A stretch of DNA of 59,009 bases, filler included, from Sphacelaria rigidula (GCA_964200075.2; 9 parts of 9 records of this genome joined end to end with filler, not necessarily neighbours in it), one strand, 5' to 3'; positions 40,191 through 52,380 are shown, counted from the whole stretch's first letter. A program made the numbers and translations. The notes: generated from the letters alone by a model not told the origin.

Positions 40191-42093
40191 TCAGGCGCAG
40201 TCGAAACATGAAATCATTATAGTTATTATTTGCCTCCGTTGCCGGGTCATCTGTTTCCGACGCGCTTCACTCCAACTCGGAATATCCAACAACAACAACA
40301 CAACACAGATGCCGGCTGCACTTCTTAACCCGACGCTGTTGTAGTCTTCATGTCCACCGTCGAGACAGTAACGACTATTCGGAGATATTCCTAGACCCCA
40401 TCCCTCTCCCACCACACTCCCGCCGCAAAACCGGCGCGGCTCATCGTCGTGCCTCACGCTGACTGCTGCCCTCGACGCGTTGGTCGCTCCACTCGCCTTG
40501 GCCCTTCCACGGTCCGCCGTGGATCCGCCCCTCCCGCGCTTCGCTATGGATCCGCGCCTCCCACGGTTCGCCGCGGATCCGCCCCTGGCAGAAATAGATC
40601 GTTCACGTGCACCGCCATTTCTACTGTCAGCATCACCACTGGAAGTCACCTCGGTTGCCCCAGAGGACGGCGGGGGTAGCAAGCAGCGACCCTGGCAACC
40701 GCAGCTCAGCGTGCAGTTCCCCAGACACCTACAATTTGTGCAGCGTTGGTCTCTTTGTGGCTCCTTTGCCGGGTTACATAAGTCCTTCAGGGTCCGCACG
40801 TTCCCGGACCCATCATCATACGTGTGGCTTGATCAATAAGTAACGATGTTGTCCCGCGTGAGCGCTTCTGCCTCTCTGCTCTCCAGTTTTATGCCCCACT
40901 TATGATGAGTCTTCTGGGGTTCAACAACCCAACCACGGCCGTTGAAGTCCACCGCGGGCATCTTCTTATGAAACCTCCCTCCTCAGTGTTCGAATACCGC
41001 GTCAGACTCACTCACGTGCTTCCGACAGGCGTCCAAGTCTGGGCAGCACCGGGAAGGCATATGCCCATATACTGTGGTGATACACAGGCGGATCTTGTTG
41101 GCATACGATCCCAAGTCCCACCCCCCCGTGGCGAAGAGAAGCCCCGGATCCGTGGCGATTTGCGCAGAAGCGTTTTCGTCCCTGAAAAAAACATGGCGGC
41201 CGGCAGCTTCACGCCCTCATCGATGTCCACTCTCAGGATACCGTCCTCTTCCGTGAATATCGGTGCTGTAAACAGATTCAGCGTACGCAGGGCCCTCAGC
41301 ACGAAATCCCACAGCTTGAGGAAAGGAATCCTGGACACACATGGTAAAAAGTCGCATCCAGCCAAAAGGTAGGTCAACACAAATAATGCTACCTTCGTTG
41401 ATGGCGTCAATCACGTATACTGTCCGGCGGGTGGCCAAGCGCTCTCACTCCCATCCCTCAGTTTCTCGGTGGAGCTGTACACCCTGTCCTCGAGGATGTA
41501 CCGGGGGGCACCGCTCACAATCGTTTAACAGTGACTCGCATTGCGTCGGAGCCCTGCCGCGTGATATACCCGGAGGACATTGCTAGCAACACAATAATCC
41601 ACTGATCAGTATCGATCGAAGTCACCAGCCACTTCTTCTAGTGCTTTTTGAACAACCTCTCGGAGTGGATGATGCAGTGGACTGTAGATATCTCACCCTC
41701 ACCTATCCTGGGTCCAGCTGCGTTGTGGATGCTCTGATCAGGCCCACTGCCATTACGGCTCTGATCAGGCCCACTGCCATTACGCCACCACAGCAAAAGC
41801 TGGAAGGCTGGGTAAGCGCCGCACCACGCAAACCTTGGTCCGCTGCCGCCGCTGTTTCCCCGCTGCCTGTCAGTACCGCAATATACGATGGTGGATTCTT
41901 CCGAACCGTCGCGCGGGTGCCAACACCCACCCTTCGCACCGTCGTCGGCACCGACGCAGTCCCGCTCCCCCGTCCGTCTGTCACCACCGCAAGATATGTC
42001 CGCTATATCGGCCCTGCGAAACCTTTGCCGTCGAAACCTTCGCGTTCCGCAGTTGCCGCCGTCCGCGGCGTCGCCGCTCCTCCCCCGCCCCAT
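40191..42093 (-). pseudogene. Degenerate XPG/XRN-like (PIN-fold) nuclease with C-terminal Cys cluster; AcademX-like transposon protein remnant
   Basis: Across frameshifts: GEGEISTVHCII (41692-41703), WLVTSIDTDQWIIVLLA (about 41582-41632), LFVLTYLLAGCDFLP (about 41342-41386), PDLDACRKHV..MPAVDFNGRGW, CN..CTNCRCLGNCTLSCGCQGRC. Confidence 0.72.
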
Positions 42094-42471
42094 CTGTGGT
42101 CACACGACTAAGGCAAGCAAAAAATGAGTATGCCCCCCCCCGCCCCATCTGGCTGACTCACTCGGAGTCTGTCCGTCCAGATCCACTCCCAACAACAGAT
42201 GTGGTACGAGTTGGGCGGCATGGAGGCCCGAGTGATACAGTTGCTTCACCACCTGTCTGGAGGACATGAGATAAAACGATACATGGATGCAATATATCAG
42301 CTGTCTCGTCGGTTTAAAATTAGGAGCATCGGAGTCAAATACTCGTACCAAGCTCTGAAAAGCACAACTATAGGCGCCATTGATTCCGATCGAAACCACG
42401 ACCATGATCCCAAACATGAGCCAAGAAGTCAGATGCTGCTATATTAAGCAATTGCGCTTTGCAGAATCATG

Positions 42472-44247
42472 CAAGGTTGTGTCCTGTAGGGTGCGGGTAT
42501 GTTATGTAGGGTATGAGACTCCTTACAGAACTTGAAGAAATATAGGGTACCGGTATGAAAGTCTCACAGAAATTCAAAAACTGCCGGGTACCGGTTTGAA
42601 AATGTTACAGAAATTGAAGAACTTGTCGAGTACGGTACGGGAGACGTCCAGAAAAACCGTGCGGACAATGGGGTTCGTCTTCAAGAGCATACCCGCGCTC
42701 CAGGTACGGGTAAACATAATGTACAGAACTCACAGAACTGTCGGGTAAGGGTGTGGGAGGCTTACAGGACTGACAAAAACTGTCGGGCAGGTTATGAAGG
42801 TTGCACAGAAAACCGTACCGGCAACCGGGTATCTTATCAAGAGCATACCGGCGCGTACCGATGCCGGTACGGGAGGCTTACAGAGATTACAGAACTATCG
42901 GGTAAGGGTATGAAAGTCTTCGAGAGATTACACAACTGTCGGGTATCGGTATGAACGCCTTACAGAAGTCACAGAACTGTAAGATACGGTAAATACCCGG
43001 GGAAATACCCCAGTTATATAAAAAATGTACCCTACAAAACACGACCTTGGTATTATCATCACCCCTGTGGTGGGACCTGCGTCACTACCGTGGCGAACTA
43101 CGGATGACCGTTACCAAAAACTCTGAACGACTTCACGGGGCTGATAGAGGAATACTACACAAACACACGCAGTAGTACATGTGTACGGGATCGTCAACAT
43201 ATATCGGCTTCACGTACACCCCCACGGTGTACGTGAAGGAGTACTCACGGCTGCCCGCTCTCTGGAAGCCCTTCGGCTCGACTGAATCGTCGACGGCCTT
43301 GACGACTTCCGGTAGCGGCTAATATTATCTGCTGTGCATGTCGATAACGGCCTGGGGTCCGATGACCATGACACAACCACCATCAACGTCGATGACGTGC
43401 GTCTTGCTACTTGCTACCCTGGTGGCGCAGGTGAGCCGGCCCACTCGAGTCTGGGGGTGATCCATTCAGACAGTCTGCAGTGCTGCTCATGTTTCGTGTT
43501 TCCACTCAGCAGTACCTCGTATCCCGTCAAATTATAAACTAAAGAACTTTCCAACATCGATTTTTCGTTGGTGTGCAGTTTTGAATGAAGGAGTAGGGTG
43601 AGTTGCTCGATAGGAGGTACATATTCAGGTCATAAGGTTGTATGTGGATTGAGCTTATATTCATACCTCTCCAACGTACATACCTGTGCTGTACCTGCAA
43701 TCAGGTATATCTACAACGGTATGCCCTAACCCCGGGTAGGGGTATGAGAGGCTCACAGAGCTCACAGAACTGTCGGGTACCTGTACTGGATAAAAGGCTC
43801 ACAGAAATTGCAGAACTTGTCGGGTATGGTATGGGAAACGTACAGAAAAACCGTGCGGACAATGGGGTTCGTCTTCAAGAGCATACCCGCGCTCTGGGTA
43901 CGGGTAAACATAATGTACAGAACTCACAGAACTGTCGGGTAAGGATATGGGAGGCTTACAGAACTCACAGACTGTCGAACAGGGTATGAAGGTTGCACAG
44001 AAAACCGTACCCGCAATCGGGTATCTTATCAGAAGCGTACCCGTACCCCCTAGTGACTGCACGGGAGGCTTACAGAACTCACAGAACTATCGGGTAAGGG
44101 TATGAAAGTCTTCGAGAGATTACACAACTGTCGGGTATCGGTATGAACGCCTTACAGAAGTCACAGAACTGTCGGGGACGGTAAATACCCGGGAAAATAC
44201 CCCGGGTACAGTATATAGAGAACCGTATCCTACATAACACAACCTTG
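42472..44247. mobile_element. Composite non-autonomous hAT-like element (two repeat modules around a unique core) with 8-bp TSD
   Basis: TIR CAAGGTTGTGT / ACACAACCTTG. Flanks GAATCATG (42464-42471) and GAACCATG (44248-44255). Modules 42472-43049 and about 43730-44247 are rich in ACAGAACTCACAGAACTGTCGGGTA. Confidence 0.78.
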
Positions 44248-44284
44248 GAACCATGCAGCAACCTGGGACTCGTGGCGCTCTTAC

Positions 44285-44393
44285 CTCGGGATCAACATTG
44301 GTGTCGTATACAACATCCGGACTGCCCCCGCCGACGTCCAAGCAGGCATCCAGACGTTGCATCCCGTGAGTGAGTCTTGGGGATCCTCCACAT
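44285..44393 (-). CDS. Putative isolated exon
   Basis: Pyrimidine tract + GGTAG| acceptor and a strong GAG|GTAAGA donor; two frames are open. Confidence 0.35.
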
Positions 44394-44484
44394 CTACCGT
44401 CAAAAGGGAGGGAATGGACCGGGGGGTGAATGGGTGGAGGGTTGAGAATCAGTCCGTTTGACATAGCGTGCCTTCCATCGTGTG

Positions 44485-44574
44485 TTTTGTTCGTCGGAAC
44501 GAACTCCACCACTGAGCCATTCAGTCAGCGCTGACTAAGTGGCTCAGTGATGGAGTTCGTTCTGACGAACAAAA
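44485..44574. repeat. 90-bp near-perfect palindrome/hairpin
   Basis: 45-bp arms with 41/45 Watson-Crick pairs; centre between 44529 and 44530. Confidence 0.95.
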
Positions 44575-45149
44575 GAAGTGCGAGGTCGATTCTTGGCGCG
44601 ATCACTTCTTCTTTCCAATAGTCGAAGAAATATATTCCTCATAGTTGTGGAAAGATATCAGAACGTCCACGCCCACCCTGGTCACTTCGGCAGCGTTGGC
44701 GAGGGGTAACCCGGAGAAGGCACCGAGAGTACGAACTCAAGAACACTCGTGCGGTACCGGCCTGCGCCAACGGAGCTGTGGTTTTGACATTAGATAATTG
44801 TATCTGATGCTGCAGCGTTCGATCGTGGTACTGTAACGCCGTTCAAGTCATCAAGTAGGTTTGTATGTCTGCGTCGACTCCGTAGGTGTTACTTAACGTT
44901 TGCGGCCGTTAGAATCCGGACGGGGGTTCCGAACATACACTCCAGAAGCCAACAAGAGAAGTATCAGCGATGTGCGTGATAGACGACGCAACCCAAAGAT
45001 ATACACGTTATCCACGCACGCAGTAGTGCGCAGGATTTGATTCTTACAGGATTCGACCCGACCGCCCTTACGTAGATACACTCCAGCAACTACCCTTATC
45101 TTTGGCGGACTGCACTATGCCCTTGGTGGCAGTGCAGTACACAGCACCA

Positions 45150-45241
45150 TGTTCTACTGTGCTGTGCTGTGCTGTGCTGCACTGCACTGGACTCTACTGC
45201 ACTGTATCAGGTACAGTACTGTACTGTACTGTACTGTACTG
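45150..45241. repeat. Pentanucleotide repeat (CTGTG/CTGTA)n
   Basis: Directly visible. Confidence 0.85.
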
Positions 45242-45806
45242 AAGTTAGGTGTTCTGTTCTCACCATATCTGGCACTCCAGAGCAAACGTGCACGGGTGCG
45301 GAGCAAATTTTAAACTTTTCAAACTTCAGCCAAGTCGTTTATTCAAGAGTACAGATGAATTTCAATGAATCCTTTTGCAATGGAAAGCTTACTTTCTGTA
45401 GATGGCGAAACAGCTCTCCTTATCCCTGCCAATGGTGTAGCACGAGCGCGGTGCTCTCCCTAAACACCGGAGGGCAGGTTTCACGGGGGGGGGTGGTGTT
45501 CACCCTCGGCCATGCGGATTCTGCGATTACTCGTTGCTTCCGTTACTGCTACCGTTAAAACTTGCAAGAGGGACTGCCTGTCTATAGTTCAATACACCTC
45601 GATCGCCCTCGCGTCCCCGCCTTCCGCCAGAGCAATGCTGTTTGGTCCGCTGCTGTATGCACAGCAGGTGCAGACCCTCCACACGAAATCCGGATACTTG
45701 CCATCATCCAGCAGTTTACAGGGAGGCGTCTAAAAGACTATAAAAAACGAAAATTTTACTGGGCGTAACACTGTCCAAAAAGGGATACTGCTGTTTGAAC
45801 CTCTCA

Positions 45807-45875
45807 GGCCGCTTCCTATAATAGACAAAAATTAAAACCCGGAAAAATGTATTTTTGGAGCTTTTAGGTCGTTTT
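45807..45875. repeat. Transposon terminus family GGCCGCTTCCTATAATAG
   Basis: Nearly identical to 58940-59009 (both at contig ends); a diverged copy starts at 48110. Confidence 0.75.
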
Positions 45876-46080
45876 NNNNNNNNNNNNNNNNNNNNNNNNN
45901 NNNNNNNNNNNNNNNNNNNTTAATTAATTAANNNNNNNNNNNNNNNNNNNNNNNNNNNNNNNNNNNNNNNNNNNNCGCATGTCTGGCCATTTTTCGTACC
46001 TTTCCTAGGCAAAAAACGAGAAGGTATATACCTTTTCTAGGCCATTGCCCATTATGGACCGCATTGCACACACATGTCTC

Positions 46081-46159
46081 GGAACTGTCGGGTACGCGCA
46101 ATACCCGGGAAAATATCCCGGTTATACAAAAAGCCATAACCCACAGAACACATCCTTGG
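46081..46159. repeat. Right end of the CAAGG hAT-like family
   Basis: GAACTGTCGGGTACG..AATACCCGGGAAAATA..ACACATCCTTG matches the ends at 43049 and 44247. Confidence 0.75.
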
Positions 46160-48407
46160 ATCAACGCAATGCGATATTCTGTATATGTTACAACCGATGC
46201 AAATGATATAACAATCGGAACCTGTGTGTCCTGAGTTTCAGCTCAGCGTCCCTTGATGTGACCTACGGGTCTTGATCAATAGCCAGACGAATCAAATCAT
46301 GACATGAAACCCGACATAGTGTAGTGCACAGGCTACATGGATGTCTTTTCCTCCCTGGCATATACACGGTAAAGATACAGGGAAGATCGGGAGGAGCGAG
46401 TGGTCAGGTGAGATTTTTTTACATTTTCCTGCGCTCTTCACTACTTTGGGCACTCTGTGCGCCTGTGTATCTCCATCGTATGAGATCGATCGTACCGCAG
46501 TACATATGACGATCAACTTGTACACAATTACGCCACTCTGAGCAGCGGCCACGCCATAGCGTAAGCAGGTGGTCGACTTGTACATTTCCACGCAAAGATG
46601 GATAATTCAGTGTACATTGAGGATGACGCCGGGAGTCATATCGAACTTAGCCGCGGGATAGACTAATCTACGATATATCTGATGGCAGTCAACCACTTCA
46701 AGATTACTCTAATCGATTTTTGTTCCGAAATGTCAAGTGATTTCTGGTAGAAGTACGGTACGAGTACGTACTGTAAGTATTCACACGTCGGATAGATCAG
46801 CTTGTGGTAGATCCGGGTCGGCTCATTTGGGGCATAGATCGCGATCTTTCCGAGGTGTGCTGTCACCCATGCACGCTTTTCCGATGGCGATCTATAGGAA
46901 CCGCTTGATACGTCCATATTCGCCAACGACGAGCTGTACGACCCGCTTCACACACACGTTCGTGTACAACTGATCTGCAGAACTGTCATCTGCACACCAT
47001 CACATATATGTCCTCTATATAACTCGGCCTATGCAAACGCAGCGGCTTCTCGTCGACCCGCGCGATTTGAATCTAGTGTAGACCAAAAGCTACCCCTTAC
47101 GTGTACATGGCGTGATGAACGATCTGTATGACCGTGATTCGTATAAGTCTGCTTGATGGTAATCTGTATGGCCCGTGTGTTCGTACCAGGGTTTCCATAG
47201 GTGATTTGTATACTCTGTTCCTCCGTACATCACCTCCTTAGGCACACCTGTGTAATCCGAATCAGGTGCACTCGGAATGCCAACAACGACCTGTGTACCC
47301 TCTTAACTCGTACAAGATACCTCCCTCGTGATCGATGATACCCGGAACACGAGGACCGTTCCATAACTAGTAGCACTAGGTCATTCGAATCGTGTACACA
47401 CGTGTGTTCACACTTTACCTGTATGACCGGGGTAACACAGATGGTGATCTGTCCGACGTGTGCAAGTGTTACAGAAGACTCCAGTTGTGGAGGCCACGAG
47501 TTTCGAATCCCGACATATTCTCTGTTTGTTAGCAGAGTGTGATTCCGTCGTTAACCCTTAGACAGCGACCCCCCCGCAGGTGGACTGAGATGGACTTTGC
47601 CCCATTTGGGATTCAGGCTCGTTTCTCGCTACACAAAGCGCCATGCTCATAATCATGTGGAAATCGGGCATTTATATAGAAAGAATCCCGGAGAACCCCT
47701 GGTTTGACCCTGCAATCTATTGCGTGCAGAGTCAATATGTGAGCTGTATGTCTTCGTGGGATACAGCGGCAAGAAACAGTCAGCATGTCATCTCTCTCCC
47801 CTAAACACAACCTACTGCATGCTGCTGATATCTCCGCTCACTGTTCCACAACAGCACTACAGGCGGTGTGAAGCTGTTCTTGCAACACATGAGGGGTCAG
47901 TCAGGCGGCACAGAACACGAGCAGAGTTGAAGTCAAGTCGTTTGTGCCCATCAAAACTAGGGTTGAATTGTTATAACCGGAATGATAAATACCGCTAGAT
48001 GGCGAAGTAGCCCACGTGTAGCCCACCTGTAGGGAACAAAATGACCATTTTGATAGCCGTGATTGGTCAGAATTGTTCTCCGCTCCCCTCAGACCGCGTT
48101 CCTGGCTATGGCCGCTCCTTATAATAAACAAAAATCAACCTCAAAATACATATTTTTTCCTACTTTTGATCCAGACAAAAACGTGACAGAATTTTTGTTC
48201 GACCACTTCTTACAGTAACAACCAAAAAAAGCACAGAGTCGCAGCGTCTTGGACAGGAGGTTTTAGATGAGATCCAAATTTGAATCCTGTCATCCGCTGC
48301 ATGACGAAGCAAGCCACTACAGCCTGCCGCACACACGCTCAGTCACGAACGACGACGCACACCACAGCCCACATCCACAAGCAAGCACCACCACTACCAA
48401 AGAAGAA

Positions 48408-49140
48408 ATGGTGGCCGCAACCATCGTGCCCTACTCAAGTCTGCTTCAGTTGGCATACGACAGGGGACATGCGTATCACGGCAACACGATCAGCACCAAC
48501 GTCCTCAAGGCGCACCAGGGCGTCACGATCACTGCAGCGCGCTGCCTGTGAAAAACAGCGCAACAACGATGAGTGCAGCCGATCGCAGTGACCAGACGAC
48601 GAATGCATATGCGAACTATGCAGCGGACGGCTACATCAAGTGGCTCGACGCCAACGGCATTCAAAAGTCGTACAGGCTTCACGTGGAGGCAATGCGCCAT
48701 ACGACGCTCGGCTCAGGTGAGGGTTTGGATTTGTGCCCACACGCATGTTGGTTGTTGAATGCCGATTGCAACTGCCTGCTACGCTACAACACATTAGAAA
48801 GTATGCACAATCGTGAAGACGATCTTGTTGGTAGGGCACTCTGCCGGGGAGGTGATCGTGCTGCACTCGTGACACTGCAGATTGACTTCTAAATTGAACC
48901 GCAGCAGTAAGATTTAAAATATGCAGTGGATCTCGGATTTTACTTGAGTACAACATGAAGGTCTGCGTAGTCGCCGCGCAAGTCAGTAAAGGAGAGTATT
49001 AGGCGCACACTTCGGGTGGAACCCAGCGCCAATGGAATGCGACCTCGGGGTAAATTATGCAGTAAAACATGCAAGTGATTGACTCGCAGAGTCGAGTCAC
49101 ACCTGTAGTCTACGTTCTACAGTACAGGAGTAAACAGTAC
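48408..49140 (+). pseudogene. Probable decayed MULE/Mutator transposase fragment
   Basis: LKAHQGVTITAARC..AYANY..YIKWLDANG, an intron from 48717, then broken SI(D)GAHF and MQVIDSQSRVTPVVYV resembling the MULE DG-H and D..PLA motifs. Assigned by eye only. Confidence 0.45.
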
Positions 49141-49711
49141 AGTAGCGCCGCGGTGGGTACAACAACAGCAGTAGAGAAACGAGTGAGTGTTACATCGCCG
49201 CCACAGGGGGTCATTGCGATGCTCGTGTATCTGTACATCCCCATATTGGGATGGCTGGTTGTGTCTTTCCGTCGCCGCCACCGCTGGCGCCGACGCCAGC
49301 TGCCGCGGCCGCCACGATGACGGGTGCAAGCAGTACCACGGCTTTCCCCCCCAGTTCTTCGCCAGATTTTGAACGAATCCTAAGTGTTTGCCGGGTGCCG
49401 ATCTTGAACGCTCGGCCATAATTACCCTTCGCGCAATAAAAGTAATTCACTACAGAATAATCCTAGTATTACCAATCAGGTTGGGCCGGCCTTACCAGAT
49501 CCTGCTTGGAGGAGAAAACACCGACGCAAATATCGAAATCGCCGTGGAAGCGATGGCATCCTGAATCTCGTCCCTCGCGCATCCACGTGTACAGGCAAGG
49601 AACGGCAGACCAGGACTTTTGCCGACACAGCTTCTGCCGTCTAGAATCGATGGGAAACCATCAAAAAGAAGGCCACGCGGGACCTAGTCGCCGCCATTGG
49701 CAGGTGAGGAT

Positions 49712-49993
49712 CAGCGATGTTCTCGTGAGATCGGGAGTAGAGGATACGAGAATGAGAAGCGGTCAATCAATGAATGACTCGTTTCGGTTCCGAAATGTCC
49801 CGCGAGGCCCGATACGCTTTCTGTCGTAGCTTGTCACTGAAGCCCTTGATATCCCTCAGTAGGATATCGACAAGTAGCTATACGCACACGCCAGTATTAC
49901 AGGCAAAGACAAGCATGCACAGAACGAAACATTGGTCAAGTAAAGTACCAACTCTCCATCAACGCTCTACTCTCAATGCCAAACACATTATTG
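49712..49993. mobile_element. Inverted copy of the 29765-30058 MITE
   Basis: CCCTTGATATCCCTCAGTAGGATATCGA matches the reverse complement of about 29897-29924 with one mismatch, and the rest is co-linear. Confidence 0.8.
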
Positions 49994-50463
49994 ATAGCGA
50001 GTTCGCAAATTCGAAGTTTATGCGGTGGGCGTAGGTGGACAGCTGTAGTATGTTTGCACCTTACTCTAGAGGGTGGAGTTCAGCGGCGATGCTAGCGTGA
50101 GAAAGTACGAAGAAAGAAGCGTTTTGCACAGGGGCTTTGTGTACAAGACGTCATGAACGGTGTACCCGAGAGCCGTTTCGTTGCGGACAATACACCGCAG
50201 CACAGTACAACGAAGGGACCACGGTTCCAAGCATCAATCCCGCACTGTGGGAAAACACCAGTCACAAGCGGGGGGGGCTGGCGGGGTCCGACCTCGCCGC
50301 GACGGTTTATTTCCGGTTTTACTTTGTCACGGTGCCGCTCGGTGCGCCTTTATTTCCGTGAAGCACACATGTGCTGCTACCTTCCTGACCTATTGTATAT
50401 GCACTTGACCGCTAACTGTGCGTTTGACTGACGCCGCTGCCGTTGTCGTGTGCTCTCATGCAG

Positions 50464-51419
50464 CGAAGTAAAGGTTCCCTCCGGTCAACAAATGCCGGAT
50501 CTCATTGAGCGCCTCATGGTGCACGTCTGGACGGTTTCGCAAAACAAAAAGATGGAGGGTAGGAAGAAGCCGCAATCGCAGAAGGCGATAGGGAAAAAGT
50601 GTGACTCGACAGACAAACCGTTGAAGGGCGGCGAGGATGTGGGTCAGGGTGGGACAGCCGATGGCGGGCCACGTGCGATTCCCAAGAACTGGTGTGCCCC
50701 CTCATCTACTTGTCGATGCCTTGTGGGATCCGCAGAGTGCGGTCCCTGATCAGGAATTCGACCTGCTGGCCTCCAGTGGGCCGGATAGGAAGAAGCGGCG
50801 AGTCGCTACCTCGACCGAAGCTGGCACCCCCGCGGAGGGAGACAGCGCCGACGATCCGCCGGTAATTGCCGTTGAGTCGCCAAAGGCAATGAAGAAGCTC
50901 AACGACGACGGTGGCATGATGAGCCGCCGAAGCCTGTTGAAGGCGAAAAAGGAGAGCAGCGCGGAGGAAGAAAAGTACGTCGCCAATCGCGCAGCACAGC
51001 GCGAGAAAACCACAACCGCAATGCAGGGGGGCGTGGAATAAGCGTCGTAACGTCGAGTACAGGTTGCCAGGGTGGCAGCGGTGAGGGAGGGTCCTTAAAA
51101 GGTGCGCATGCTGCAGAGCAGTATATCTGTTTTGAAGGAGCTGGGGAGAGTCGTCGAGGCGAAGGGCAAGGTGGAAGAGCTGCTGCAGGTTCTCAACAGC
51201 ACCTCGGCCGATAACTCTGCAGCCGCTTCTACCGAGACCGATGAAATTCCGGCAAAACCAACGCCCGAATCACCCGGCCCACCTACCGAGACTGATGAAA
51301 CTCCGGTAAACTCCACGCTCGAATCGCCTGGGCCACCCACCGATACCGACGTCACGGAGACCCAATCCTCGGATGCGAGCGAACATCTGATTGAGGGCGA
51401 CTGCTTTGGGGAGTCTTAG
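50464..51419 (+). pseudogene. Degenerate coding region, charged/coiled-coil, with an 18-aa C-terminal repeat
   Basis: Acceptor CATGCAG| at 50463; three consecutive ORFs broken by stops and frameshifts; 54-bp repeats at about 51231-51350. Confidence 0.5.
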
Positions 51420-52380
51420 TGTCCGCGCGGGGCTCGTCGGGGTTGGAGGGGGGGAGGGAGGGGAAGGGCGTACGAAGGAGTGGGCCGCGACAGATGTCGG
51501 CCATCGGAGGGACAATGCAGACCTGATCGACGTTGCCTAACTTTTGCCATACAGAGGGGTGCGGTTGTACGTCACGTGACTCCGTTTGTTCACTCATATA
51601 CTTACCTTCGAGTTTTTGTTTTCGATCTTGTCTTGGTGCTGGCTTCATTTGTTTGCGAGTCCGTTTATTTATTCATGTTTTTTTTGTAATGGTTTCATAT
51701 TTTTCCCGACCTCTGTTTTGTCGACCAAAAAAGCGACTGAGCGAAGATGGGTGGGGTCCTCGGGGTCGGTCGATGTGCGACAATGGAATCACAGAAAAAA
51801 AAACGGAAGATATGCTTGTTCCAGCGATCGGCGAAGCGTTTGTTCCTTCGTTTTTGCTCCACGGCAGTTCCTAGTCGGATTTTTATCTCCCTTCGTTGTT
51901 TTCGAAGTCTGATCTGAGGCGATTCCTATTGTGTGCTATTTTCTTTCCATGCATCTTTAGCGTGCACACCCATTTTCTTGACGTCAACGTCGATGTAGTG
52001 GAGATGGGTGGGGCCGCCGAGACTCAGTTAATATGCGACACGAAATTTCCCGTAAGCAAGCGTTCCAGGCATGTTATGTGTCGGATTTGTGCGAAGCCGA
52101 AACATCGCAATCTACCCATCATATGCCCCGAAAAAATCGGACATGCTGGCGATGTCCGACATTTCGTGCCGAAGTCATGTCGCAGAGGCCGGCCGTCTCT
52201 TTTCTTTTCTTATTGCTCAGTCCAAGGGTCTGTCGAGAGAAAAGTTTCGGACACCGAGGCCCCTCCCTCCCTTCGCCCCCCCTCTCCCGGAGGCCTTTTT
52301 TTCGAAAATGGCCATGATTTTTTACATTTTTGTTGTTGCTGTTTTATGATTTTTTACATTTATGTTGTTGCAATGCCGGT

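Noticed and set aside
40191..42093. Functional cellular XRN/FEN1 gene or endogenous giant-virus gene
   Set aside because: It has multiple stops and frameshifts and a 27-bp duplication (41731-41784), with no viral genes nearby. The terminal Cys cluster fits a transposon protein better, although this is not formally excluded.
42520..44200. CRISPR-like repeats and ORFs (42751-42954, 43642-43989)
   Set aside because: These are irregular internal motifs of a TIR element, and the ORFs are by-products of the repeats.
49496..49640. Putative minus-strand exon
   Set aside because: Splice sites are plausible, but all three frames are open and no partner exon can be joined on this contig.
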